Assembly (NCBI GenBank): GCA_051294375.1
Contig: CM119263.1
Coordinates: 24,037,657-24,101,656, forward strand
Direction: 5' to 3'
Source of the DNA: Paraspadella gotoi
Taxonomy: Eukaryota; Animalia; Chaetognatha
DNA length: 64,000 nucleotides
Shown here: piece by piece, positions 45,271-59,281 of the stretch
Numbering within the stretch: the first letter of the stretch is position 1
Layout: the number at the start of each line of letters is the position of its first letter
Program-made: the position numbers and the translations under genes
The notes under the pieces: model-generated
Database searches by the model: none
Seen by the model: only the letters and a program-made list of their open reading frames with translations
Told to the model about the DNA's origin: nothing

Positions 45271-45808
45271 CTTTTTCTATTTTACTCATGTCGTGGCGCT
45301 GAGTAAAAATAGTGAAGTGTCCGAAACAAGAACAAAAAGAAAATGGAAAACTAAGACCGAAAGCATTTACTTTTAGAAAAAAATTGTATGTTTAAAATAG
45401 TGTGTAAATTATTATGATAAGATAAATTCTAATTTGAGTTATTGATTAGAAAGACATGATTGATTGATTTAGGGAAAAAATTTAAACAAAAAGTTTGTTG
45501 GCCCAGTTTAGGGATGCATATTAATAACATCTTCTCGTCTTTATTAATTAATATTACATAAATGTCTTATCTGTGAAAGAGTGAATGGAAGCCTTAAACG
45601 CATCAAAGCCTGTCCTAAGTAAGGTAAGATAGCTTATTTATTAAATGAATAATATTTTATAATAGTTGTACCAATAGTTCATATATTGATATACTATCTA
45701 GTAATTAATATTTTCAATTTCCTTTCCTTCTCTCTTACTCTCTCTCTATCTATCTTTCTCTCTCTCTATATGATATCTATATATATAATATTATATAGAA
45801 TATTAATA

Positions 45809-45860
<52 letters not shown>

Positions 45861-46529
45861 GTCTGATTGTTTTGTTGACCTATCTACCCCTGACTCCTCC
45901 GGCCCTCCTCATTTCAGCTTTTGGTCCTCTAGCGAACAAGCGTCGACCCTGGTTGTTCCTCCTCTTCCACGTCACATCAAAGTACGGTCCCCGCGAATGA
46001 CACTGACCATGTTCCCCGATCCCCGAATGAACGATCCCCGTACTCTGACGCTATTTCTCCATCCGCATTTGCATGCCACTAGCCGGATCTTTAGAGTCGC
46101 CCGCCTCTCTTTTCTCCAAGGCATTTTTTTCTTCGTTTTGCAGTCAGAGTCATGTCGAGTCCCCTGATCGCTTGGTCCAGTCTCTTCCACCTCCCACTCC
46201 CACCCTCCGCTCCCTCTTCCCATACTCCTCCACGACCTTCCCACCCCTCCTCTTACCTCTTCTCATACTCCTCCGCCATTGCGTCGAAGCTTTTGACCAA
46301 GTCTCTCCTCGCAAAAAACTTCCTCGCCCGCTTTCGTCCCTTATTACATCCCAGGCTCCTTTTTTTTTCTTTCTTTCTTTCCCTTTCATTCCTTCTGTAA
46401 TTTTGGCTTTCCTTACTTATTTGAACTTTTTTTCTTTTTTTTTTCCTTTTTACTCGCTTCTCTTTGCCGAGTTTCCAAATGACCGAGAAAAAGAATGAGA
46501 AGAAGTCAGAGCGAGTGTGTATGTGTGGG

Positions 46530-46560
<31 letters not shown>

Positions 46561-46572
46561 AGAGAGAGAGAG

Positions 46573-46608
<36 letters not shown>

Positions 46609-47037
46609 AAGAGAGAGAGAGAAGAGAGAAGAGGACGAGAGAGAGAGCAGGAAAAGTGAAGAGGCAGGGAATTTGTTTCCTCGGCTCGCCGCCTCGGAGG
46701 CGAGATAGCAAACAGAAAAATGTCGCAAATGGCCGAGACCGACCAACCGGGAGTAAACGAAAGCGGGCAAAGCTGATGGCTTTGGTTTTTTTTTTGGTTA
46801 TTTTTTGGCCTAGTTTCTAATTATACTTTGCGAGTTAAATAGGTTTTAAACCAATAATTCTTTTTTTATAATTTTGAAAATGTTCTGCTATATTTATTAG
46901 TATGAATAACTTTCACTTCTGAGGAAGCTGCTAAGGTTTTTTTTCTTTATCTGTAGCCTCTTACCACTTTTTGGGGTTGGTAGGCTCCGCACAGTCTAAG
47001 AATTTCCTCTCTCTTCTCTCTCTCTCTCGACTCTCTA

Positions 47038-47070
<33 letters not shown>

Positions 47071-47252
47071 TCATCTCTCTCTCTCATCGTCTCATGACTC
47101 TCGTTCTCAACTTCTTTTATTTTCCTCTTCTCTCCTCCCTTGGTTTTTTACATTTGCGCGAGGACATAAATTTTATCTTGACTTTTATCCAGTCGAAGTT
47201 GACTGAACATTAAACATTTAAATCATTGTATTTTGTTGCCGTTTCGAGTTTC
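43495..47252 (+). repeat. Right arm of the fold-back palindrome (mirror of ~39650-43494; direct copy of ~23400-26515)
   Basis: Colinear with 23643-26158 and 26374-26515, and it supplies sequence across their N gaps. Confidence 0.9.
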
Positions 47253-48098
47253 CATGGTTTTGTTACGTCACCACCATTGCGGGGGCTTCCTATTTGGAGT
47301 TCCTTCGTCGTCGTCGATCCCGGGGAACGTCTATCTCCACGTCGTCGTCATCGTCGTCGTCGTCGTCGTCGTTCTAGTCCCTTGCAAGTCTTCGAGACTA
47401 TAAACCTAAGTTGCGTTCCAACGATTCAGCCTCGTCGTCGTCCTCGTCGTCGTCGTCGTCCTCGTCGTTCTCGTCCTCCTCATCGTCGTTCGCGGGGTTC
47501 GTCGTCGGCGTCGTCGTCGTCGTCGTCATCGTCGTATTCTTCCTCGTCCTCTTCGTCTTCTTAACCCTCGATCTTTCTCTCTCCAGAAGCAAAAAAATAA
47601 AAATAAATTTGCTGCTACTGCTTTTCGTCGTCAGCTTCGTCTTCTTCGAACTTGCTTAGGTCTCGTCAATTTCTTCGTCTTCGTCATCGTCTTCGTCGTA
47701 GTCCTGGAAACGGAATAAGAGCGTGACAGTTTGACACGGTTTTCGTTGACCCGTCCGATAATTGAATATTCTATGAAAACGTTTCTTTTTTTAAATTGTT
47801 TTAAACTCATGACGATTATATTTTGTTTTTCGAAGGACATTCGTTGCCATTTTTTTTTCATCTTTTTTTATGGCGGAAAAAGTCACTTTTTTATTCAACA
47901 ATTTGTTGTTTTTTACAAAAACCAAACAAAATCCGAGATTAAAACTATCAGCGTAATCTCTTTTTTTTCTCTGGATATTATTCTTAATCGGATTTCACGG
48001 ATTTGCAATCAAGGATTTCCCTTCGATTTCAATCGGATGCCTAACACAATTTTTTTCTCTTACTCTCTCCCTGTCTTTATCTCTATCTCTGTGGCGAT

Positions 48099-48197
<99 letters not shown>

Positions 48198-48686
48198 TTA
48201 TCTCTCTCTCTTTCATTATAAAACCGCATCGGGCCTGATTTTCGCATCTTTTATTTCTGTCAGAATCATGTGGTGATTCCTCCTTCGGTTTTCGTCATGT
48301 GGCCGTTAGGAGGCAAAAGATGATCGACGCCAGCGACGCTGAGGGGCGAATTCCCTCACAAAACAAAAGGACAATCACCGAAACACCACGTTTTTGAAAA
48401 TATATTTAACAAAAAAATTTCCTTTTCATTTATTATCGATATATATATATTCATAGTCTCGCGCTAGTCCGTGCTATAGATTAGAGGTCGGTTCGTATTA
48501 AAATAACGAAAAGAAAAATGCCAGAAAATACATAATGTAAAAGAAGCTTGACAGGAATAACACAGACTCTCGTGGTTGGAATAATATAGTAAACGTAAAA
48601 GAAAAATAAGTTCAGGAACAATAAAAGGAAAAAAGTGATGACGGGGACGTTACGAGCGTCCAAGGGTGACCAAAAACCCGTCGAGT

Positions 48687-48745
<59 letters not shown>

Positions 48746-48764
48746 TTCTCTCTCTTCTTTCTTA

Positions 48765-48807
<43 letters not shown>

Positions 48808-50149
48808 CTATGCTACCACTATAAGACGAACTGTGATATAAAATTACTTTAGCTATAGTAACAAACAAAAATTATTAATACGAATCGATCTCCCTTAATC
48901 TTAAAATCGCCTGTTGACAAAAAAAAGTTCTTTACGACTAAAACATAAACATCTTCTCGACTAAAAAACCCCATTCATCGTTCTCGTGCGACGTCATCGT
49001 CATTATTTCACAGCTAACTTAATTAATTGATTCAAAACAAAATCGTGTATTGTAACCTTTGAACCGAGCTGACATAAGTGTGTTTGTGTGTGACTATCGT
49101 GACATTCGTGTTCCCGCAAACAACAACAACAACAAAAATAAACCAACAACAAAATATTTAAAAAAAAAACGAAAAAAAAAACCAACTCGTTTACTTTATT
49201 TCATTGTTTTTTTATTTCTGTCCAACAAAGAAATTCACCATCTTTTCTGCAAAATAAAAAAGGAAAACAAAAGAACCGAAACCAGTAAAAAAAAAAAGAG
49301 TTAAGCTCCTATTCTCAATTTCTTCACTTATCGTCCAAAAATCGTCGAGCGCTTGACTTTTTGTTCGTTTTTTTACTTTCCGCCACCACCACTGCCTTTT
49401 TTTGTTTGTTTTACATTTTTCTCTCTCTATCTTCGTTTTACGAAAAACAAAAGACAAAGCGAAATCTCGTTTTTCTCTAGTCTCGTTTCACGTGTGTCGC
49501 GATTATTATTCATCTAACGTCATCTTCATTAACCCCAAAAACAAAACAAAAATTATAATCCTTTCAAATACGAAAAAAAAAGAACCAAGCAAAACATTAA
49601 CTATTTTAAAAAGCAGCTAAACAATAAAGACCATAGCTACGGTACAACCAGAAATTCCAAATCGAGTAACGCCATCGTACGTGCGTTTATCGAATGAAGC
49701 TTCCTTAGGCCAAAAAAAAAAGCGTTCGGGAACGTAGATTTAACAGTCAAATCTCCAGCGAATTTAGGGACTAAATTGTATTTTTTCGAAAAAGAAAAAC
49801 CATAGCCTTAGTACAGGGAACTTTACTGCCAATCGTTTACATACATTTGCGAACCAAAAAAAAAAACGAATTAAGAAAATATATCTGAAATATCATTTGA
49901 CTCAGTAACAAAAACGCTCCATTCCTCAACTCGTATAAACCGCATCCCAACTCAAGTGGGAAATCCAATTAGAGTTTCTATATTGCCGAGTCTGAGGGCA
50001 TTAGGCCTCGAGCCACCGACTAGAGTGAAGCGAGAGAGAATTTTTTTTTTCCAGTGTCACTCTCTCCGCTGCTGAATAAAAAGGGGATTAAAAACGCGAA
50101 AAAACAGGGATTTTAGTATCATCTATCGAGGGAAAGGGGGAATAATCCC

Positions 50150-50950
50150 CGTTTCGCGTTCCCCGTTCCGTCTAGACGAGGTCGCGTTTCCCCAGCGGGC
50201 GCGCCTTTGATAAAAAAAAAAAATTGCCCCACCCAAAACCCGTAAGCCGAAAAACCGTCACCCGCCCGTCACCCGAGCCAGTTCCGCTTGAAAGGAACGT
50301 CCCGTCCTCCTGCCCCTTTATTAACGAGGCCCTGCCCGGGCCCGCCCGCCTACCCATTCGGAATCGAGTGCCCATCGAGAGGCGCTCAACGTTCCACCCC
50401 ACACTCCCACGACGATACCCAGTCATCGAGACCCATCAGCCCTGCCCGCCGCCCCGCCTAAGACCTAACCGCATCATCGCCCGCGCTCTCCCACCCTCTT
50501 CGCCCGCCGGAAAAGACCGTCGTCTCCGGACAGTCCCCACCGCCTCCTCGTCCTCTTTCGCCCCCTCCTCCTCCTCCTCTTCCGGCGACCGGAAGTACGC
50601 TACGAACTATGTTAAGGTCGGCAGCCGCCTTCGACGGAACAGCAGCAGCAGCAGCAGCTCGAGGAGTGGACGGCGCCGACGTCGACGGAGGGAGAGCGGG
50701 ACGGCGTCAACCTTTCGTCCCGCGCTCCAAGTTCAAGCGACAAGGGAGGACCTGAAGGAACCAGGGGAGCGAGAGAGAGAGAGAGAGGAGGGGAGAAGGC
50801 GTCTTGAAACGCTATTTTGGCCCCGGCCACCTGTCGGACGGAAATAAGAAAAATCTGAATCACTCTTTGCCCCTCGAAACTTCGGGAAAAAAAATAAAAT
50901 AAAAGGGAAGCGGCTTCATTCGTAAAGATGGCGTTCTGAGGCGGAGTCTC
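50150..50950 (+). promoter_or_regulatory. CpG/GC-rich island, candidate promoter and 5' UTR start
   Basis: Sharp GC/CpG rise over AT-rich flanks, GC-box-like CCCCGCC, ETS-type CCGGAAGT at ~50590 and YY1-type AAGATGGCG at ~50925, upstream of the candidate first exon. Function is inferred. Confidence 0.45.
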
Positions 50951-51490
50951 TCGTTACGACCGTCAGAAAACAAAAGAACAAATCGTCGCCTCATTGAAGA
51001 ACGAATAAAGAAAGGCCGGAAGCGAAAGCGCGAAAGAGACAGTTCGACTTCGGGTTTCAAATTCGGGAATTTTACTCTCTTATTTTTTTCTTTTTGGCGC
51101 TATAATTCAAACATTAAATATTGACAAAGAACGAGATTCACTCGTTTTTTTCTTCGAAAGTGCAAATAATAAAATTATACGGAAGAATAAATTACAAAAT
51201 ATTTTGGCCTTTCATAATCGTAACGGCAAAATCCCGCCGTCGACCTCGTGCGGATAAATCAATAAACAAAAGGGCTTCCGGCCTGTCGCTACATTCGCTT
51301 GGCGGCGCGTCGGTCAGCAAGTCTCAAAACCAAAAATCGATTAAACAAAACAACATCAGAGTCATCTAGAGACGGAGGAGGAAAATCCGTTCAAACGAAC
51401 GGATTGAATTAACCGAACGATACGAGCCAGTTCGTAAAACGACCAAACTAAGAAGCCTAAAAGCTTGAATAAAACCTCAAAATAAAAAGG

Positions 51491-51974
51491 ATGGAGCCAC
51501 GGGTGACCGGAATCCATGAGGAAGGGAGGGACGCCCTCGATCCGACCGACCAACTCGTCGCCGGGATCGAGAGGCTCAACCACGTCGATCATCGACAGCA
51601 ACAGCAACTACAGCAGCAACGACATTATCCTCATCATCGTCATCTCGATCATCATCCTCGGCATCAACGACAGCATCATCGTCGGCAGTCCTAGAGACCG
51701 CGGCGCCCCGGGCGTCCCGGCGGGCCGAGCCGCTTCCGGCGGGGGCTCGCCGCGTCGTCGGCGGCGGCGACGGGGTCTCCAAGACGGCCGCCCCCGCCGC
51801 CGCCTCCTCCCCGGCGACTGCCGCCCTCGGTCCGACCGCGGAGTCTCTCTTCCTCCTCCTCCTCATCCTCCTCACCGCATCGCATCCTTTCGACCGGCTA
51901 CCTCTGTCTTATCAGCTTCTGCTGCGCCGTCGCCGTCGCCGCCGCAGCCGCCGTCCCTGTCGCCGAATCCAGAG
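51491..51974 (+). CDS. Candidate first coding exon of a secreted or membrane protein (frame uncertain, family not recognised)
   Basis: GC-rich block starting at ATG 51491 (AGGATGG) or ATG 51516 and ending at the donor-like AG|GTGAGG (51974/51975), after which composition turns AT-rich. The 51491 frame ends in signal-peptide-like ILSTGYLCLISFCCAVAVAAAAAVPVAESR at a phase-1 junction but has TAG at 51692. The 51516 frame is open to the donor (phase 0). Confidence 0.35.
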
Positions 51975-52670
51975 GTGAGGAGAATGGCGGGGCTGGGGGG
52001 GGGGGTAAGCGGGGAAGAGTGAGAGAACTCAAAATGGCGGTAATTTTCTCTTTTTTTTATCCTGAAAAGTACGAGCAACGCGACTTTTAAAAAAATATTA
52101 AAAATAAAATCGAGCTTTGATTCCAGGTGAAAAATGGTTGTGTAATTTGTGTTGGAAGAAAAATAAATTTGAGTTATAATTTCGAAGGGAAAACTTCTTT
52201 TTTTCTTTAGTTTTCAACTTATCAAAGACAAAATACAAAATGAATTCCATTTCAATATTGAAATAAAAATTTTAATAGTGGCATCAGCAAAAATTTTGTA
52301 CCACAATATAAATTTCCCTTCCTCCGCCAAACTTTAAAGACTTTTTGCAAACCTTATCGTCTAAGTTTTTAAACATTCTTTTTCTCATATATTATTTCTA
52401 TTCCGTCTATTCACTCTAATTCGCCCGGCGCCGTATGCCCCATCCTTCCCAGCGCCACTTGCCCGCATCACTCACCTTCGTAGCCTCACCCCATTTTTTG
52501 TTCTCCCACCGATTCGGTCGCAACTCACCATCGTTTCCACGCCGGCCGCTCGAGCTAAAAGCCCCCCAAACTGCGTCGGTGGCGCAGCTGAACGCCATTT
52601 CCGCCAATCCACGATTCGCTATTCCCAGTTTATCGAGCGACATTAAAACGAAGTGGACCGAACGAGCGAC

Positions 52671-52730
52671 GGTGGTTGTTGTGGTGGTGGCGGTGGTGGT
52701 GGTGGTGGTGGCGGTGGTGGTGGTGGTGGT
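52671..52730 (+). repeat. (GGT)n microsatellite
   Basis: Near-perfect run. Confidence 0.95.
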
Positions 52731-53076
52731 ATTTCCCCACACAGACCAAGATCAACGACCGCTGCGTTTCAAAATGGTTTTCAAATTATTTTTTAACATC
52801 TACATCTATCGATGTTCTAGAAGCCATCGACTTTGAGACTAAACAAAAAATGAAACAACTTTTCCTAATGTTTAACGAGATTCAAGTTTTTCCCTTTCCG
52901 TCGTTGACATGGAAACCGAGGACGCATCATGATTCTCAACATAGTTGCGAGGGAAACGCGCCTCGCTTCGCTGCTTCCCGAAGATTTGGCCGAAGATCCA
53001 ATAAACGCCTGAATTTTGTGAGAAAAAAAAGGAGAAAAGGAGGCCGGGGTAAAGAAATAAGAGAGAAAGAGAAAGT

Positions 53077-53154
<78 letters not shown>

Positions 53155-53292
53155 AGAGAGAGAGAAAGAGGAAATCGGCTGGTTTATAATCAATAAAAGA
53201 GCAATATCGCTTTGTGCCTTTTCCTCGGTTTTGCAAATTATGATGGAAGAGGGCGTTGCGCTCCACATCTCTTCTCCTTAGTTTTCTCTCAC

Positions 53293-53334
<42 letters not shown>

Positions 53335-53552
53335 CCTCTCTCTCTCTCTCTCTCTCTCTCAGCGTGTTTCGTGCCCTATGTCTTTCTTTTTCTGTTTCCC
53401 TTCTTTCTTTCTCATTCTGTCCTTGCGACTCACCGTCCTGTTCAGTTTTGTTTGTTTGTTTAAAGTTTTGTTTGTTTTTATCTCCCTCCAGTTCCTGGTT
53501 AAAATGGTTTTAAATATTTGTATTCTAAAAAAAATCCCCCCGTGTCTTCTCA

Positions 53553-53622
53553 GTCCCCACTGTCCCCACTGTCCCCACTGTCCCCACTGTCCCCACTGTC
53601 CCCACTGTCCCGACTGTCCCCA
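53553..53622 (+). repeat. 9-bp tandem repeat (GTCCCCACT)n, ~7.5 copies
   Basis: Read directly; source of the CPH and GQW repeat ORFs. Confidence 0.95.
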
Positions 53623-55163
53623 TTCATACCGCATCAAATCCCGCGTTCCACATAATTCTTTCCCTCCCTCCGTCTCTCTCTCTATCTCTCCCTCTCTCAC
53701 TCTCTCCCTCTTTCACTCCTCCTTCCTCCTTCCTCCGTCTCTCTCTCTATCTCTCCCTCTCTCACTCTCTCCCTCTTTCCCTCCTCCTTCCTCCCCGCCC
53801 GTCTAACGCCACCTGTGGGACGTCGTGAATTCCGCTTCACGAATATTTTATTTGGTGGTGACGCACTCGGCGTCGACGAATTTGCAACTTCCGGTTAACG
53901 ACGCCAAAAGCAAAAGATCCACCTGCACAGGATCGACGACTCGCTTTTCTCACTGGTCTAAGCTATTTTATCACTTTTATTATTATTATTAATATTGTCA
54001 TTATTAGTATTATTACTTTTAATATTATTACTGTAATTTATATCAATTTTTTATATCTATTATTTTATCTTATTTAGTTATTTATTTTGGAAACCTTGTA
54101 TTTTTTTTTAATACAAAGCCTTATAAAAATATACACATTACATACCCATCACTTTTTTGACAAGTCTCTAGTACAATCCGAATTTTCGGGAGAAAAAATG
54201 CTACTCTGACGTCACCACCGACTTTTCAGTCCCGAGTCACAAATTCGCTCTTTCTCTTTTTTTTTTTCCTCTTTTACGTTTTTCCTCTCAAACGGGGAGA
54301 TAAATGGTTATTACTACTCCATTCACGTGAACGGGGGAAAACCGAAACGGCGTTCCCGGCATTTCTGGCCCCCCTGGCGTTTTCGGGCGTTCCGGGCGTT
54401 CTCGACGGTTTCCACGCCCCCGTGGATGGCAAAGGATGGGCTGAATGTACGTCGATCGAAAAGAGAGAGACAAAATTTATTACCATGAAAGAGAGAGAGA
54501 GAGAGGAGGAGAGAAGAGAAGGAGAGAGAAGTGAGAGAGTGTGAGAGAGAGAGGAGAGAAGAAGAGAGAGAGAAGAGAAGAAGAGAAGAGAGGATGGGAC
54601 AGAGTAAAAGAATATAAAAAAGAGTAAAGGACGCGATTGAGATACAGAAAGAAAGGAAGACAGAAGGGCGACCGGCGACGACTCCTTTTGCGCTTCCACT
54701 GTTTCCAAAACGCGGGGCGCGTCTGTTCGGCCACGACCCGCACTCAATATCCTCGATCCCGGGCGCCATTGACCGAACCCAGTGTCGCGCGAAACGACGG
54801 GAAGGTCGCTCGTCGATTCAAGGGTCAGGTCTTCTTCGAACGAGTACGGGGGGGGAAGGGAAAGAGGAAATTTTTTTTTTCTTGCTTGTTTGCTTGCTTT
54901 CCTTCTTTCTTTCATTCTTTCTTTTTTTTTTTTGTAACAATAGGCGCTAACATAGTGGTACGAGCGNNNNNNNNNNNNNNNNNNNNNNNNNNNNNNNNNN
55001 NNNNNNNNNNNNNNNNNNNNNNNNNNNNNNNNNNNNNNNNNNNNNNNNNNNNNNNNNNNNNNNNNNTATTTTAGTATAGATTAGTTACATTTTTACATTT
55101 TTTCTCTTTCTTTTTTCTATTTTTCGCTTTTCCTTTCCTCTTTTCTTTCATTATCTTATATTT

Positions 55164-55227
<64 letters not shown>

Positions 55228-56363
55228 TTTTCTTTCTTTCTCTCTCACTTTTATGTTTACCCTCTCTTCCTACTTTCACTCGCTCTTCTTCGCACTCTTT
55301 AATTCCCCTTCGCTCTCCAGGGAATCCACTCTTCCTCTTCCTAAATTCTCGTTCTCCCGACCGCCCCCCTGCCCTTCCTCCACCGCCCCCCCCTCCACCG
55401 CGAATTTCGAAGGTACAAAGGAAGTGAATGTGATTAAAGAAAAGCGTCCTCCTTCCAATCTCCGCTCCAATCTCCGTCCCCGGCCGCCAGGGGGATTCTC
55501 TCGCTCTTCCACCGGAAGTGACCCTGGCTGAGACGAGGCTTTTCTCTCTCTCTCTNNNNNNNNNNCTCTCTCTCTCTCTCTTCCCTTTTCTTTTTTGCTC
55601 CGCCAGAGGTCGGAGATTTGTAATTAAAGAGAAATTTTCTCTTTGACGCTTGAAGAGAGACTGTCACTCTGGTGTAACTAAACGCAGCCTCTTGCTAATT
55701 CACTTGATTGCCTTCCTCCGTGTTTTCTTTGGTGCGTCTGTCTTTCTCTTTCTCTCTCTGTCTCTCTCTCACTCTCTCTCTCTCTCTCTCCGACTCTTTC
55801 AAAACATCTTTTACTCACTCTGCCATCTCATCTTGCTTTCCTATCTTTTATTTTTTTCCCTCTTCTTTCAAAAGGAGTCGATTAAAATATTTTTTTAAAT
55901 TTTTTCTCGCTCTTCCTTTCTCTCCCATTACTTCCTTATAAACCTTATTTGCCTCCTCTTATCGTTTTCTTTAATATTTTTTTTTTAACTTTCAAGGTCA
56001 TTCAGCCGCGCGAGAATTCATTTTCTTATTTACCATCATTTTTCTTCTTTCTTTCTTTTCTTTCTTTCCTTCCTTTATCATTTCCTTAATTTCACTTCAT
56101 CTTACAATCTTTTACTTTCCCTCTGCTCTTTATTTATCCGATCAACGAACTTTAGTCCCCTACAATTTCTCCAATGAATTATTGTATTTTCTTTCCAATA
56201 TTAATTTCTTTCCTTTCCTCCCCTTTTCTCCTTTTTTTTTCTCTTTAAAACAAGAACAGAGACTGGCTCAAGGACAACGAAGAAAACAACAACAACAAGG
56301 CAACGACCGCACGCTTTTAAGAGAAAAAAAAGAAGAAACTTTCTAGCTGTCGAAATTTTACTC

Positions 56364-56410
<47 letters not shown>

Positions 56411-56474
56411 TAAGCGTTAACTGTTCGAGACAGTTATTTTCGTAAAGAATTTAAAAGAGGTCTAGAATCGTCTT

Positions 56475-56552
<78 letters not shown>

Positions 56553-57066
56553 TCCACCTGAGTCCCTTCTCTCTCTCCCTTTTAGTCTTGACGGCCTTGC
56601 TCTAATCTGTTATTTTCCCGATGGGGGATTTCCCTACAAATTGACGCGAAATCGGGGGACGGCTGTCAATAAGCTTCTTCCTGGTCCGTCGACTGCGGCT
56701 CGCTGCCCGTTACCAACTGCCCTCGACTCGCCGCCCACCGCTAGCCGCCCGCCGCTCGCCGCAAGTTGCAGCCGCCCACTTCCTGCTCACCACGGCCCAC
56801 GGTCAATAAACTACAACACTCACGCTCGCATCATTACAAATTCGTGATGCGAGCGCAGTCTAATTTTAACACTCCTCAGTTCACACTCACCACTCAAGAA
56901 ACCGTCCTCCTCACATCTCCACCACCGATTCCATACACTTCCTGTTTCCGGTTCCAGATTCTCTTCCAAGATTCTCCAAACACTTTTTCCGGATTCCCCT
57001 TCAGCCCAAGATTTGTCTTTCATCGTTTGCGCTACTTCCGTGTTTCTTTATTTTCTTTACGACCTC

Positions 57067-57194
<128 letters not shown>

Positions 57195-57545
57195 CTCTCC
57201 TTTCAATTGCTGTTTATTTTTTTCAAACTCGCAATCTCTTCATTTTAAAGAGCGTTCCATAATGACGTCGGGCTAGCACGAATCGGAAGGGTGAAAACAA
57301 TTTTTTTTAAAAATGATGGTTTTCACTAGAGAACTCGTGAACTCGATTCACAGCGATCGAAAGGTTTGAAACGAATGATCGTCACGACTTCTTCTCCGTC
57401 GAATCGTTAATCTTTTTTAATTAAATTTTTCTTCTTTTTTTTTCTTTTTTTAATTTTCCGGTTGATTAGAAATTCGTCGGCGTCGAAGGAGGCATCAAGA
57501 AGTCGATTAGTTCCAAATCGCAATTACTCTGTCTCCCTCTGTATC

Positions 57546-57591
<46 letters not shown>

Positions 57592-57812
57592 TCTCTCTTC
57601 CTCTCTCTTTCTATCTCTCTCTTCCACTCTCTAATCTTTTTTGTGAATACTAACATTATTAGCATTTTTAATATTTTTTTCAAACAATATGCAACATCTA
57701 CATTATTGGTCATGACTTCAAACTGTAATATTAAATCAGTAAACAAAAATATTCAGTTGGGCCCCAGAATTATCACGTGAAAAAATAATTTTTTAAGTGC
57801 AATTGTCTGTGT

Positions 57813-57903
<91 letters not shown>

Positions 57904-58556
57904 ATAACAAGTCAGACAATCAGACGACTTCACCTTGGGGTTTAGTTGGTCGCCGACTGAACAACTCAGTCGGTCAGCTGACGTCAGCGCGTTTCGGGAG
58001 GAAAGGAAAGAAATGGAGGAACTGGGGGAAAAAAAGGAAAAATAGACCCAATATAAAGCTAGAATAAAAAGGGGAGTGTGTAAAAAAACAGGTGAAAGTA
58101 AGTGAAAGAAAAAAGGGTTCAAATGAAAAAATATCAAAAGAAAAATAAGAAACCTGACTGAAAGAAAAGAAACTAGAATTGGAAAAAAAGGATAAGGAAA
58201 AGAAAATTTCCCCCAAAAAAATAAAGGAAAAGAGAAAAAAAAAGGAAAAAATGAAAAAAAAAAGAAAAAAGGAAAAAAAGGGAAAAAGGGGGAGAGAAAA
58301 ACGAAGAGGGAATAGAAGGTCGGACAAAATGAGGTTCGAATGAGTTTAGGAGGAAAATATTGAGGAAAGAAACGAGAAGAGAAGGAAAATTGAAAAATCT
58401 CGAATCGCGAGGAGGAGAAGAAAAAAAATGCAGGAGAGAGAGAGAGAGAGAGAGATAGAGGGGGGGGAAGAAAAATACATCTAAAAAGATAAAGGAGGCA
58501 AGAATTTGCGTCGAGATAATGAAGAAGACGTCGAAGAGATAAAGGCGTAAACGTGC

Positions 58557-58588
<32 letters not shown>

Positions 58589-58754
58589 TGAGAGAGAAGA
58601 GAGGAGAGAGAGAGAAGAGAGAGAGAGAGAGAATAGAGGACGACCGCCATCCCTCGACCCCGAATCGCTTTCCTCATCAACCGAGAGAGTCATTCTCTCC
58701 CCTCGACGGAAAAATCGGTGACTGTGACGTGAGATGGCGTTGTCCGTGTCACAG

Positions 58755-58804
<50 letters not shown>

Positions 58805-58907
58805 TCTCTCTCTTTCTTCCCTGTGGGAAATGAACCAGGAAGTGTGAGAGGAATATTGTTCAGCCGTCGAGGTCGAGATCAGTAGAAGTCTAGCGATCGC
58901 ACGTTCA

Positions 58908-58954
58908 AGTTTGATCGCACTGTCGCGTTTGATCGCACTGTCGCGTTTGATCGC
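58908..58954 (+). repeat. 18-bp tandem repeat (GTTTGATCGCACTGTCGC), ~2.5 copies
   Basis: Read directly. Confidence 0.85.
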
Positions 58955-59246
58955 TCTCTCCTTGCCTGTTTTCAAGTTTCCGACAAAGTTTTATCGCTTT
59001 TTAACGTTTATTTGTGTGAGATGATAGCGATTGTTAAAGGGAAAAATAAGAAATGTTAGTTTCCTCACTCATTTAAAAGTTCGTTCGAGATGATCACAAC
59101 ATTATCACGTGGTTTTAACATCCTTTGATTAAAAGTTAAAATGTGACGATCGACCTGCGGTAAAGGATTTTTTTTTCACACCAACACTTTCTGTTTTATA
59201 ATTCGGTGTCTTTACTTGTCCCAGAGCGAGAAAAAGAGTTATGAAA

Positions 59247-59281
<35 letters not shown>

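Noticed and set aside
50224-50847. 207-aa Pro/Arg/Ser-rich ORF
   Set aside because: TTG start, low complexity, runs through a (GA)n tract and has no recognisable domain; expected in a GC-rich island.
53378-53806. CPHCPHCPH 'metal-binding' and GQWGQW repeat proteins
   Set aside because: Produced by the 9-bp tandem repeat GTCCCCACT within low-complexity flanks.
56624-56633. NF-kB-like GGGGATTTCC site (also Su(H)-like TGTGGGAA at ~58822)
   Set aside because: Isolated short motifs with no supporting cluster; cannot be distinguished from chance.
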